Origin: Torpedo marmorata | Taxonomy: Eukaryota | Length of the DNA: 64,000 bases | Direction: 5' to 3' | Assembly: GCA_977017645.1 (NCBI GenBank) | Contig: OZ360221.1 | Coordinates: 157,418,001-157,482,000, forward strand | Shown here: positions 48,151-58,321 of the stretch, one piece after another | Position numbering within the stretch: position 1 is the first letter of the stretch | Layout of the letters: the number at the start of each line of letters is the position of its first letter | Made by a program: the position numbers and the translations under genes | Notes under the pieces: generated by a model | Seen by the model: the letters and a program-made list of their open reading frames with translations, nothing else | Told to the model about the DNA's origin: nothing | Database searches by the model: none

Positions 48151-49549
48151 AAAAAAATTTTAATTAAAAATTTAAAAATTTTAATTTAAAATTTAAAAAC
48201 ATATACTTCTATTACTCTGATACTTCAATCTCTTCCTGGTTGGGAAACATTTCCAACTCATTATCTTTTCTGGATGAATATCTTAACCTTCCAATAAAAG
48301 AAAAACATTGTTTGCTGATAAAAAATGATCAATTTCATAAAATATCAGTACTGTTTGCAAGAAAGTACTTTATTCTAATTGCTAGTGTAGGATTATTAAA
48401 ACTAATAGCATAGGTCTGTGAAGAGCACCTGCCTGGAAAGGTCATCCTCTGTGATTATGCAGGACTGAGCTTCAAATGAGCATTCTTCCTTTGTATCCAC
48501 TGTTCAGGAAAATTCCAATTCCTCTTTAATATTTGTATAAGCTTTTAGTACCTCTCTGCTGATCTAAAATTGTTAAAAGCATTGTTTAAAATTGTGCATC
48601 ACTCATGCTGAACCCAGAATTCAGTTGAAGTGATTTCAGCCTGCATCCTCAAGGTGATCTCATTGTATTTGCTAAGATTTTAATTATTATCAGTTTGACA
48701 ACTTCAAAACACAGCAAAGCTCATTTGTACAACTTTCTTTGTATGGTTGCAAGCTGTAATATGACTTGCCATTTAGCTAAGGATGGATTAAGCGGGTGCT
48801 TAGTATATTCAGACTAGTAAAAAACCAAAAAGCTTCCTTTTCCATTGAAGTTCTATTTTTACCTCCCCCACCCAAGACTCTTTGAAACTGATTTCCCCCA
48901 TTCTCAGAGGCCCAAGAGCCAGACTTCAGACAAGTCATTACCTTTGTTATTACTTGACATGTGTGCAATTTTCACTATTTTTGTCCAGAAGTGACCTTTG
49001 AAATTCCTCAATAATTTTTCCCCTTTTCCTGGTGCCCCCACGTGACCTAGGAGCAAAACATCTGAGAGACCTCTAGGCATCTTCACATCTGCCAAATCTG
49101 GGGCTGAGACTCATTGTATAGTGTGGTTTTAACAGCAGGTGGTGGGTGTGGGGCAGGGAAGGGTGTGTTAGATATAAAGAGAAGGGCAAAATTATCTAGT
49201 TAACTCCTTCTTCCCAGGCAACGTGGGAACCATTTAGAGAGTTTCACAAACTCAGACAAAGGCAAAAGTCTAGAAAGCAAATTTCGCCCTGCATATAGTT
49301 CCTCTTTTACTATATAACTCCTCTCCAAACATGTAAAATCTTGACAAATTTTAAATATTGAAATGGCAATAACAAAAAGTGTATTTCCACATGTGACTGG
49401 GGAAATGCATTCCTCGTGAAAAAGTAGTTGCAGAAAATTAGAGTTTAAATTCAAATATGCTTCCTTGATCAAAATTGAGAGTGGTTTGATGAATAGGGAA
49501 TCATGTTATAGGAAGAGATAAAAACCTATTAATCCTGAATGTACATATT

Positions 49550-49955
49550 CAGGAGCGAAAAAGGATGAGAGGTGACTTAATAGAGGTATACAAGATTGTG
49601 AGAGGCATAGATAAGGTGAACAATCAGCACATTTTTCCTGGGGCGACAATAGCAAATACCAGAGGAATATAAGTATAAGGTGAGGAAAGTTTAGGGGAGA
49701 TGTCAGAGGTAAGTTTTTTACACAGAGAATAGTGGGTGCCTGGAATGCATTGTTGGGGTGGTGGTGGAGGCTGGTACAATAGGGACATTTAAAACATTTA
49801 AAAGACTCTAAAACAGGCACATAGATGCAAGAAAAATAGAGAATTATGGGTGTGAGGTAGGGATGGTTTAGATTGTTGAATAGATTTATATAGGTCCACC
49901 CAACATCGTGGGCCGAAGGGCCTGTGCTGCACTCTAATGTTTTATGTTCTATGAT
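49550..49955 (+). mobile_element. CR1 3' fragment
   Basis: GAGAGGTGACTTAATAGAGGTATACAAG (RGDLIEVYK), TTTTACACAGAGAATAGTG, GTGGGCCGAAGGGCCTGTGCTG. Confidence 0.85.
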
Positions 49956-50261
49956 CTATATATACAGTACATTTGACATTCCTTTTGTCTTGCTCCAGTT
50001 GTCCCACTCTACCAAGGGTGGTAACTCCACATATAAACAGCACTCTTCATTTCACCACCACACAACTCTCTCATCACCACATCCCTCCCTGCATCCTCGG
50101 ATATTCAACGTCAAGGTGGTGAATATGAAAAGGCAATTTTGATCTGCAGTTATGTATAGATGGAGTAAAATCCCTGCCTGACCTTTTTTTTTAACCTCCC
50201 CTTCCCAGCTTGGGGCCATTGTGGCAATTGGAATCTTCCCCTACTGCCACAGTTGATATAC

Positions 50262-50410
50262 TCATACTTTGATGAAGGGCTCAAGCCCGAAACGTCGGTT
50301 ATGTATTTCTACCTTTGCTACATAAAAGACACTGTTTGACCTGCTGAGTTTCTCCAGCATTTGTGTTTTTTACTTCAACCACGGTGTCTACAGATTTTCG
50401 TGTTTTACTT
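50262..50410 (+). mobile_element. 149-bp PLE tail-only insertion
   Basis: Matches 33626-33772 almost exactly; flanked by TTGATATAC (50253-50261 / 50411-50419). Confidence 0.9.
50263..50303 (+). ncRNA. Minimal hammerhead ribozyme motif
   Basis: CATACT-TTGATGA-AGGGC-TCAA-GCCC-GAAAC-GTC-GGTTATG. Confidence 0.75.
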
Positions 50411-51184
50411 TTGATATACACTAAAGCCAGGTTTTAAACTGAGCGCTGTCTGTAGGCTCAGGTCCTCTTAATTTATTGTAATTAAGCATTATGTCATTGG
50501 AGGAAACCCACATTTTTTTGAATGAGCTAAACAAAAACTAAATTTTTCCACTTGTTTACTTCAGAAATCTGACTGCAATTGGCATTCTGACTTTGGCCAC
50601 TGGATTTCTCTAGGAAGCAAGTTAATCACAATGAAACAGGAAACTGTTGAGGTTATAGAGCAAGTACATGCATTTAAATCTTTGAGTGGAACATATACAG
50701 CTTGTAAAAATGAGCATTCTCTCCATATAACAAATCCACCTCAGTCAAAATGAGTATTACATCATCCCTGTTCATCTGGGATAGTCCAAAGACTGTATAA
50801 CTAACTATGCTTTGGTGCCAAAGTATGATTTTATTAAGTTAGCAATGACATGGGATAATGGGCCTCTATTTACAATTTCATTCAAAACAAACCACCACGC
50901 AACTCCCTCACTAATGTAACCTTATAATTTTGTCCGCAGCATAAACCCTCTCGCTTCAGAATCAGAAGTAATGCTGCTGCCTCTTGAGCCATAATCAATG
51001 CTTAAGTGTATTATTTAAATTTAATTGTTGAAAAGATATAATAAACCCGATCAGCTACATTTATTAGATTAGAACCTGCAAATTATAGGTGTGATTACAA
51101 TATGATCTCCAACTTTTGATTTTCATGGGCAATAATGAACAACTGGTGCTGCTCTGACATATTCTAAACAGAAAAAATCATGTG

Positions 51185-51752
51185 TATATATATATGGTAC
51201 CTTTCATGTCCTCAGGTTATTCCAAAGTGCCTTATAGCCAATGAAATACTTATGAAATCCAGTCACATGTAGTATGATAGCTAAATTTCCGATGGGTTAA
51301 CAGGCAGCTTACCCGATTTTGACATGTTGGTTGAGGTATAAATGTCGGCTGGACAATGTGATTTCTTTGAACTATGCCGGGGGATCCTTTGCTTGCACGA
51401 GAGAGGCAAGTTTATTTAAAAACCTCATCTGAAGTAAGTCACCTCCAACAATACTCCATTCCCTGAATACTGAAAATGCCCTTCATCTTTAATCTGAAAT
51501 GTTTGCTCTGTTTCTCTTTTCAGAGATGCTATCTTACTTGCGAAGTGTTTCCGTTATCTTCTATTTTCTTTTAATTTCTGACTTCCTAAGTGTTTCTATT
51601 ATCTTCTGTTTTTTAAAATTTCAGATTTCCAAAATCTGCACCTTTTTTTATTTTCAAGTATTATCCCCCGAGATTTTTTGCTTAAGTTTCTGCAATGAAA
51701 TTTAGACCCACAACCATCTGAGTCAGAGATGAGAGTGCTACCAACATGAGCA
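51185..51752 (-). mobile_element. Ancient Deu-domain SINE with an old PLE tail inserted at ~51480-51660
   Basis: Reverse head GCTCATGTTGGTAGCACTCTCATCTCTGACTCAGATGGTTGTGGGT at 51705-51752. Deu-like TTGGTTGAGGTATAAAT and AACCTCATCTGAA..CACCTCCAACA. Confidence 0.6.
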
Positions 51753-52101
51753 GATGAGACTTCGATTCATTCATTAAATTAAATTAATTATTTATGATTA
51801 CTTGGATTAAAATCTGCAAACTGAGACAAATGTCAACTGCTGCTGGAAGATTATCAATTCAATGAAAGATGCACTATGATCTGCTCAGTACATGGGTCTT
51901 CCAATGTAAAAAGATTCCATCACTGAATGCTGTCAACTGACACATTCCAAGGTTCAATAATTTGTTGTGCTGAGGGATTCAATGAAAGTCAGTGCAGCTG
52001 CCACAGAGGTTTTGTCTGGAAGGACCATGGTGTAGGGTCCTGCCCCCACAGAATGCTGAGGAACTGGGACATGTGTAACAACGTCTAAAATCATTCATGG
52101 G

Positions 52102-52636
52102 TGTAAGAGCCAAAGGCTCGTGTCTTACCTTAATCGCGGCATTCCGATGGGCCCAGCGGGTTTCGGAAGAGTCACTGAGATTAGTAGGCCATGCTAGACC
52201 TATTGAGTACTGGTGCATGCGCAATGGGGAAGTGGGTGGAGTATGCGCGGTGGAGTATGCGCGGTGGAGTATGCGCGGTGGAGTATGCACGGTGGAGTAT
52301 GCGCGGTGGAGTATGCATGGTGGAGTATGCGCGTTAATCAGTGAAGAAGTATATAAGAATATGGCAACTTAGAGGAGGGTGAATGAGACCGTTTAAAGGA
52401 AGTTATAAAGAATCATTTTAAAGACGTTTTAAAGAATCGTTATTAAGCATCGTTATCAAGAATTGTTTATATTTTGTTAAAGAATATATTTAAGTCATTG
52501 AAGATTGCTACAAGTCATCGTGTGTAAATAAAGTTTTTGAACCTATTGGACTTGTTAGTAAATTAATTGAAACGTGTCATGAACAAGTGTCTCACTTCGC
52601 CTCCAAGTGACTATTTGTTGGATTGAAGTCACTATA
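52102..52636 (+). repeat. 5' LTR of the BEL-derived element (535 bp), with a 14-bp GGTGGAGTATGCGC minisatellite
   Basis: TGTAAG...ACTATA; TATA box at ~52350 and AATAAA at ~52527; direct repeat of 61803-62376. Confidence 0.92.
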
Positions 52637-53093
52637 TTTTAGTCAATGAAAGATTATTGTTTGGAACAGAAAATTGAAGGAAAGAAGATAGAATAAGCTC
52701 TCTGTGCTTTGGATTGATATTTAAAATAAAATGGTGGCCATCTTGGAGATGCCTCGAGTTTGGGGCAGTTTGTAATCCACATCCATCTGCCATGAGTAAC
52801 AGCCAGAAAGGGATTTAGAGCTTCTAATCTTATAGTAAAGTGTCCTATAAATACGTTGGAGAAACCATTTCTTGAAAATCAGCGGTATTAGTGACGAATT
52901 CTGTGGTGGAAACTTGTTTGTGAATAGCAGCACATTACAGTCATATAAAGTGGTAGGCATAAGTCTGTGGACTCCTTCTGTGTATCTTCGGCAAGTTTGA
53001 TCACAGATTGGATTTGCTGCCGCTAGTCCACTGGGACTGTTGATTTGGCTAGTGTTTTGTATGCTCGAAGGACGGTGGAACAAGACGAGTAAA

Positions 53094-53591
53094 ATAGCCG
53101 CAGCAGCCGCTGATGCAGCAGCCACTGATGTTGCTGTTGAGGAACAACATATTGAAGACATGAAGGTTGTGGAGCTCAAGGAAGAATTGAAGCGACTGAA
53201 ACTAGATAAAAGTGGAAATAAAAATGTTCTCATTGTAAGACTGAAGCTGGTAATGGAAGAACAGGCGGCTTCGGTTGATGGGAATGAAGAAATTGCAAAC
53301 TCATTGCAAAAGACAACGACTGAACATGAAGACAGCAACGTTGAAATGGCTGAAAATGTGTCACCAAATGATGAAGAAAACAAAGAGGATGAAGATGAAA
53401 AGGATGTACAATTCGAATTGGAGAAAGAGGTAAGTAAGAAGACAACATCTGACCTGCAAGATGAAATACAAGCATGTGACAGTGTCTCAAATGTTGAAAG
53501 CAGGAGCAGCAAACAAAGTTCTGATTCAAGCTCCAGAGTTTCTCGTACTTCAAGTTCTGCATCGTCACGTACAAAGGTTGAAGTTGACTTG
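53094..53591 (+). pseudogene. BEL gag N-terminus with SAP domain (~53151-53255), interrupted by Gypsy
   Basis: IEDMKVVELKEELKRLKLDKSGNKNVLIVRL fits the SAP consensus, followed by an acidic tract and DEIQACDSVSNV. Reads in frame into ATLLAQQK at 58322 once the Gypsy and one TSD are removed. Confidence 0.8.
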
Positions 53592-53839
53592 TGTGGTAAA
53601 CCACTTTATATGTATTGTGGCCTGAGGCAGGTATGACCATGACCTGTCTGTCTGTCCCGGTGACCCCTCCCCTTTTACCTGGAATAAAGGCCTTGAGCCC
53701 GCAACTCCTCCCCCAGTTCCGGGACAATCCAGCAGGGATCATCAGGTCAAGTCATAGTCAGCCCTGGCTTGATTCTGCTAATAAAAGCCTGTTAATTCCT
53801 GCACTTCTAGACTCGTGTTGGTTATTGATAGGTACGTCA
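53592..53839 (+). repeat. Gypsy 5' LTR
   Basis: TGTGGTAAAC...GGTACGTCA; direct repeat of 58069-58316. Confidence 0.96.
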
Positions 53840-53870
53840 ATTTTATTAGCAGTTTCAACGAAAACGATCA

Positions 53871-56800
53871 ATGGAAAATTTGTTGAAGCCAGACAAGCTG
53901 GACATCGACCCCCTGGCCCAAGACGCTGCCAGCGATTTTGAACTTTGGCAACGCTGCTTCTTAGCCTACATGAGATCGTCTGGAGCAACTACGGACGAGC
54001 AGAAACTTGATATCCTCATGTCCAGGGTAAGCAAGCGAGTGTATGGCGCCGTCAGAGACTGTAAGACTTTCGATGATGCCTCGGTCGCCCTCCAAACGCT
54101 GTACCTGACGCCTGCGAACGAGATTTTTGCAAGGCACCGGATATCGCAGCGGTACCAGCGACCCGGAGAGTCGGTCTCCGAGTATATCCAAGACGTGATG
54201 TTAATGGTGCGAGCGTGTGCATGTCGAGCCCTGACGGCTGAGCAACACTCCGAGATGCTGGCAAGGGACACTATTATAAAAGGGATCAGGTCAGGCTACA
54301 TCCGCCAGCGATTGCTGGAACACGCTGACCTGACCCTGAAATCGACTGTCCAGAACATTCTGAATCTGGACTCAGCCCTGAAGAACGCTGACGCTATGCA
54401 GGCTCAGCCTTGGATCGCCCCAGCCGTCAGCCCTACAAGCAACGCGACCGCCGCTGCCGTCTACCGGGACCCGCTTGCCGCCGCCTACGCTACCCGTGAG
54501 TTGGCCGCTGCCCGAGAGCCCACCGCTACCTGTGAGTTAACCGCTGCCGCTATCTCCCGGGAGCCCGAGAAGTGCTACTTCTGCGGGCTCGACAAGCACC
54601 CGCGCAAGCGCTGCCCGGCCCGAGACGCGACTTGTTCTAGCTGTGGCAAGAAAGGCCACTACGCTAAGGTCTGCCGCTCCAAGTCGCGCACGGGTCCGAG
54701 CAGCGCCGCGTGCGAGGTACGGGAGCGGCCATCTTCCTCGACTCCACTTCCGGCGGAGACCTCGTGCGAGGTCTGGAGGCGGCCATCACGGCGCACCGCA
54801 CGTCCGGTTCCTAGCGGCGCCACGTGCGACGGGAGGGGGCGGCCATCTTACATGACGTCACTTCCTGCGGGGACCTCGTGCGAGGACTGGAGGCGGCCAT
54901 TTCCGATCGCTACATTTCCGGCGCGGCCATTTTGTAATCTCACCGCAGCACTTCCAGCACTTCCAGCTCCACCCTTCCATAGCGACACATATGAGCTACG
55001 GGAACTACCAACGGATCAAGACGTCTCGTCGGATCAAGACTCCGTCTCGACCCTCTCGTCGGATCAAGACTCCGTTTCGACCCTGGCATCCGTGACGCTG
55101 GACCAGAGCGCGCCCCATCAACTGTCCAGGTCGATGATGGACATCTTCGTTGAGGGGCATAAGACCACCTGCCTGTTCGACACAGGCAGTACTGAAAGCT
55201 TTATTCATCCGGACACTGCCCAGCGCTGTGGCCTCACCATTGTTCCGGTAAGCCAGAGGGTGGCCATGGCGTCTGGAACGCACACAACAGACATCCGGGG
55301 GGGTTGTGTGACGAATATAGTGGTACAGGGCACGGAATACCGAGAATTTTCAATGTTAATCATGCCTCGTTTGTGTGCTCCTGTACTGCTGGGGTTGGAC
55401 TTCCAAAGCCACCTGCGTAGCGTCACCATGCACTACGATGGGCCCCACCCCCCGATCGTAGTGACTAACCCCCAATATACTAACACGCCCCAGACTACCT
55501 GTGGTCTCTCCACGCTAAAGACCCAACCCCCGCCACTCTTCGCCAACCTGACCCCTGACTGTAAGCCCATCGCAACTAAAAGCAGGCGATACAGTACAGG
55601 GGACAGGGCATTTATTAAGGCGGAGGTGCAGCGTTTACTGGGGGAAGGGATCATTGCACCCAGCAATAGCCCCTGGAGAGCTCAGGTAGTGGTGGTGAAG
55701 AACGGGGCTAAGAGCCGGATGGTGGTGGACTATAGTCAGACCATCAACCGGTTCACACAACTGGACGCCTATCCGCTGCCAAAGATCGCGGATATGGTCA
55801 ACCAGATTGCCCAATTTAAAGTGTTCTCCACCATCGACCTTAAGTCGGCGTACCATCAGCTCCCGACCCGCCGGGAGGACCGAGTATACACCGCTTTCGA
55901 GGCGGACGGCAGATTATTCCATTTTCTGCGCGTCCCCTTCGGGGTAACAAATGGGGTATCCGTGTTCCAAAGGGAGATGGACAGGATCATTGACCAGTTC
56001 AAGCTCACTGCCACCTTCCCGTACCTGGACGACATCACCATCTGTGGTCATGACCGCCAGGATCACGATAGGAACCTTCGGAAGTTCTTACAGGCGGCCG
56101 AGACGCTGAACCTCACTTATAACAAGGAGAAATGCGTGTTCGGGACTACCCGACTCGCTATCCTGGGGTGCGTCGTGGAGAACGGGGTGATTGGACCCGA
56201 CCCCGACCGCATGCGCCCCCTGTTGGAACTTCCGATCCCCGTTACCCCCAAAGCACTCAAACGATGCCTCGGGTTTTTCTCCTATTATGCGCAGTGGGTC
56301 CCCAACTACTCGGACAAAGCCCGACCCCTCGTCAAGTCCACCAAGTTTCCCCTGGCACCGGAGGCACGTGAGGCTTTCGACCTCATAAAAGGGGACATCG
56401 CCCGAGCAGCGATGCACGCGGTGGACGAGTCGGAACCTTTCCAGGTGGAGAGTGACGCCTCGGACTTCGCACTGGCTGCTACCCTCAACCAGGCGGGAAG
56501 ACCGGTAGCGTTTTTCTCCCGCACCCTTCAAGGCCCCGAAATTCGGCACTCCGCGGTAGAGAAAGAGGCCCAAGCCATTGTCGAGGCTGTTCGGCATTGG
56601 AGGCACTATCTCGCCGGGAAACATTTTACCCTGCTGACGGACCAGCGCTCCGTCGCGTTCATGTTTAACTGCCAGCAGCGGGGTAAAATTAAAAATGACA
56701 AGATCATGAGGTGGAGGATAGAACTCTCCACCTATAATTACGACATCATTTACCGGCCCGGGAAGCTCAACGAGCCCCCTGACGCTCTATCCCGGGATCA

Positions 56801-56930
56801 TGCGCCAGCGCGCAGATCGACCGATTATACTCCCTCCATAATGACCTCTGCCACCCAGGAGTTACCAGGCTGTTCCATTTCATTAAAGCACGGAACCTGC
56901 CTTTCTCCCTGGACGAGGTCAAGACCATGA
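53871..56930 (+). CDS. Gypsy Gag-protease-RT-RNase H polyprotein; true frame shifts at ~56795
   Basis: Two knuckles CYFCGLDKHPRKRC and CSSCGKKGHYAKVC; LFDTGS; SPW, DY, DAYPLP, DLKSAYHQ, PFG, YLDD; SDASD, EKEA, TDQ, DALSR. Confidence 0.94.
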   Translation: MENLLKPDKLDIDPLAQDAASDFELWQRCFLAYMRSSGATTDEQKLDILMSRVSKRVYGAVRDCKTFDDASVALQTLYLTPANEIFARHRISQRYQRPGESVSEYIQDVMLMVRACACRALTAEQHSEMLARDTIIKGIRSGYIRQRLLEHADLTLKSTVQNILNLDSALKNADAMQAQPWIAPAVSPTSNATAAAVYRDPLAAAYATRELAAAREPTATCELTAAAISREPEKCYFCGLDKHPRKRCPARDATCSSCGKKGHYAKVCRSKSRTGPSSAACEVRERPSSSTPLPAETSCEVWRRPSRRTARPVPSGATCDGRGRPSYMTSLPAGTSCEDWRRPFPIATFPARPFCNLTAALPALPAPPFHSDTYELRELPTDQDVSSDQDSVSTLSSDQDSVSTLASVTLDQSAPHQLSRSMMDIFVEGHKTTCLFDTGSTESFIHPDTAQRCGLTIVPVSQRVAMASGTHTTDIRGGCVTNIVVQGTEYREFSMLIMPRLCAPVLLGLDFQSHLRSVTMHYDGPHPPIVVTNPQYTNTPQTTCGLSTLKTQPPPLFANLTPDCKPIATKSRRYSTGDRAFIKAEVQRLLGEGIIAPSNSPWRAQVVVVKNGAKSRMVVDYSQTINRFTQLDAYPLPKIADMVNQIAQFKVFSTIDLKSAYHQLPTRREDRVYTAFEADGRLFHFLRVPFGVTNGVSVFQREMDRIIDQFKLTATFPYLDDITICGHDRQDHDRNLRKFLQAAETLNLTYNKEKCVFGTTRLAILGCVVENGVIGPDPDRMRPLLELPIPVTPKALKRCLGFFSYYAQWVPNYSDKARPLVKSTKFPLAPEAREAFDLIKGDIARAAMHAVDESEPFQVESDASDFALAATLNQAGRPVAFFSRTLQGPEIRHSAVEKEAQAIVEAVRHWRHYLAGKHFTLLTDQRSVAFMFNCQQRGKIKNDKIMRWRIELSTYNYDIIYRPGKLNEPPDALSRDHAPARRSTDYTPSIMTSATQELPGCSISLKHGTCLSPWTRSRP

Positions 56931-57967
56931 CCAGCAGCTGCCGAGTCTGTGCGGAATGCAAACCGCAGTACTACCGCCCCGACAGAGCACAGCTGGTCAA
57001 AGCCACTCGCCCGTTCGAACGTCTCAGTATAGACTTCAAGGGCCCCCTTCCATCCACGAACCGCAATGTGTACTTTCTTAATATCATCGATGAGTACTCG
57101 CGGTTCCCCTTTGCCAGCCCCTGCCCAGATACCTCGGCGGCGTCGGCTATCAAGGCTCTCCACCAGGTTTTCACCGTGTTCGGGTTCCCCAGCTACATCC
57201 ACAGCGACCGGGGGTCCGCGTTCATGAGTGGTGAGCTGCGACAGCACTTGCAGACCCGAGGCATCGCTACCAGCAGGACCACGGGGTACAACCCACGGGG
57301 GAACGGACAGGTGGAGAGGGAGAACGCCACAGTATGGACAGCGACACTACTGGCCCTCAAAGCAAAAGGGTGGCCAGTGGCTCGCTGGCAGGAGGTTCTC
57401 CCGGACGCCCTCCACTCTATACGATCCCTCTTATGTACCGCCACTAACACTACCCCTCACGAACGTATCTTTTCCTTCCCCAGGAAATCGACCACTGGAA
57501 CTACACTCCCTGCCTGGCTGACGTCCCCGGGGCCCGTGCTACTCCGCAAACATCTTCGGAGTAGCAAGTACGAGCCCTTAGTCGAGAGGGTGCAGCTGAT
57601 CCACGCGAACCCGCAATACGCGTTCGTTGTTCTCCCCGACGGGCGGGAGGACGCGGTGTCAATACGGGACCTGGCGCCTGCAGGAGCGTCTGAAGAGGTC
57701 CCCGACAGCGGAAACACCGGGTCGCAGCTGCCCCCTCCGGACCATCAGCCTCCCAGCACGACGTTGTCTCCGTCACAGCTGGTCTGGCCACTAGCCAGGC
57801 AGGAGGTGAACCACCCTACTGTACCTACTCCCACTCCACAGCCACTACCACCTCCGCAGGTACCACAATTTCCTACCCGTACCCTCATTCCACAACCATT
57901 ACCATCACCGCTGACGCTACGCAGGTCACGGCGGCACATCCGGCCGCCGGCGAAACTCGACCTGTAA
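56796..57967 (+). CDS. Gypsy integrase, frameshifted continuation (track ORF 56927-57967)
   Basis: HHCC: LHNDLCHPG..CRVCAEC; catalytic IDFKGP, HSDRG, NGQVEREN; C-terminal LRRSRR..RPP. Confidence 0.92.
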
Positions 57968-58068
57968 ACGAAGATAATTGTATATATTCTATGTATATGT
58001 GTTTTTTTTCTCTCCCTACGGTATCCACTTCACCCCCCCGTCGGACTTGTTCTAAAAGAAGGGGTGAA

Positions 58069-58316
58069 TGTGGTAAACCACTTTATATGTATTGTGGCCT
58101 GAGGCAGGTATGACCATGACCTGTCTGTCTGTCCCGGTGACCCCTCCCCTTTTACCTGGAATAAAGGCCTTGAGCCCGCAACTCCTCCCCCAGTTCCGGG
58201 ACAATCCAGCAGGGATCATCAGGTCAAGTCATAGTCAGCCCTGGCTTGATTCTGCTAATAAAAGCCTGTTAATTCCTGCACTTCTAGACTCGTGTTGGTT
58301 ATTGATAGGTACGTCA
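58069..58316 (+). repeat. Gypsy 3' LTR
   Basis: Preceded by the PPT and followed by TSD ACTTG. Confidence 0.96.
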
Positions 58317-58321
58317 ACTTG

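Larger units (their letters stand above)
53592..58316 (+). mobile_element. Full-length young Ty3/Gypsy LTR retrotransposon (probably Mag-related), 4725 bp
   Basis: 248-bp TG..CA LTRs that look identical, 5-bp TSD ACTTG (53587-53591 / 58317-58321), PPT AAAAGAAGGGGTGAA, and domain order gag-PR-RT-RH-IN. Confidence 0.96.

Noticed and set aside
52721-53512. 263-aa minus-strand ORF
   Set aside because: Ser/Phe-rich antisense shadow of the acidic SAP-gag region; no recognisable domain.
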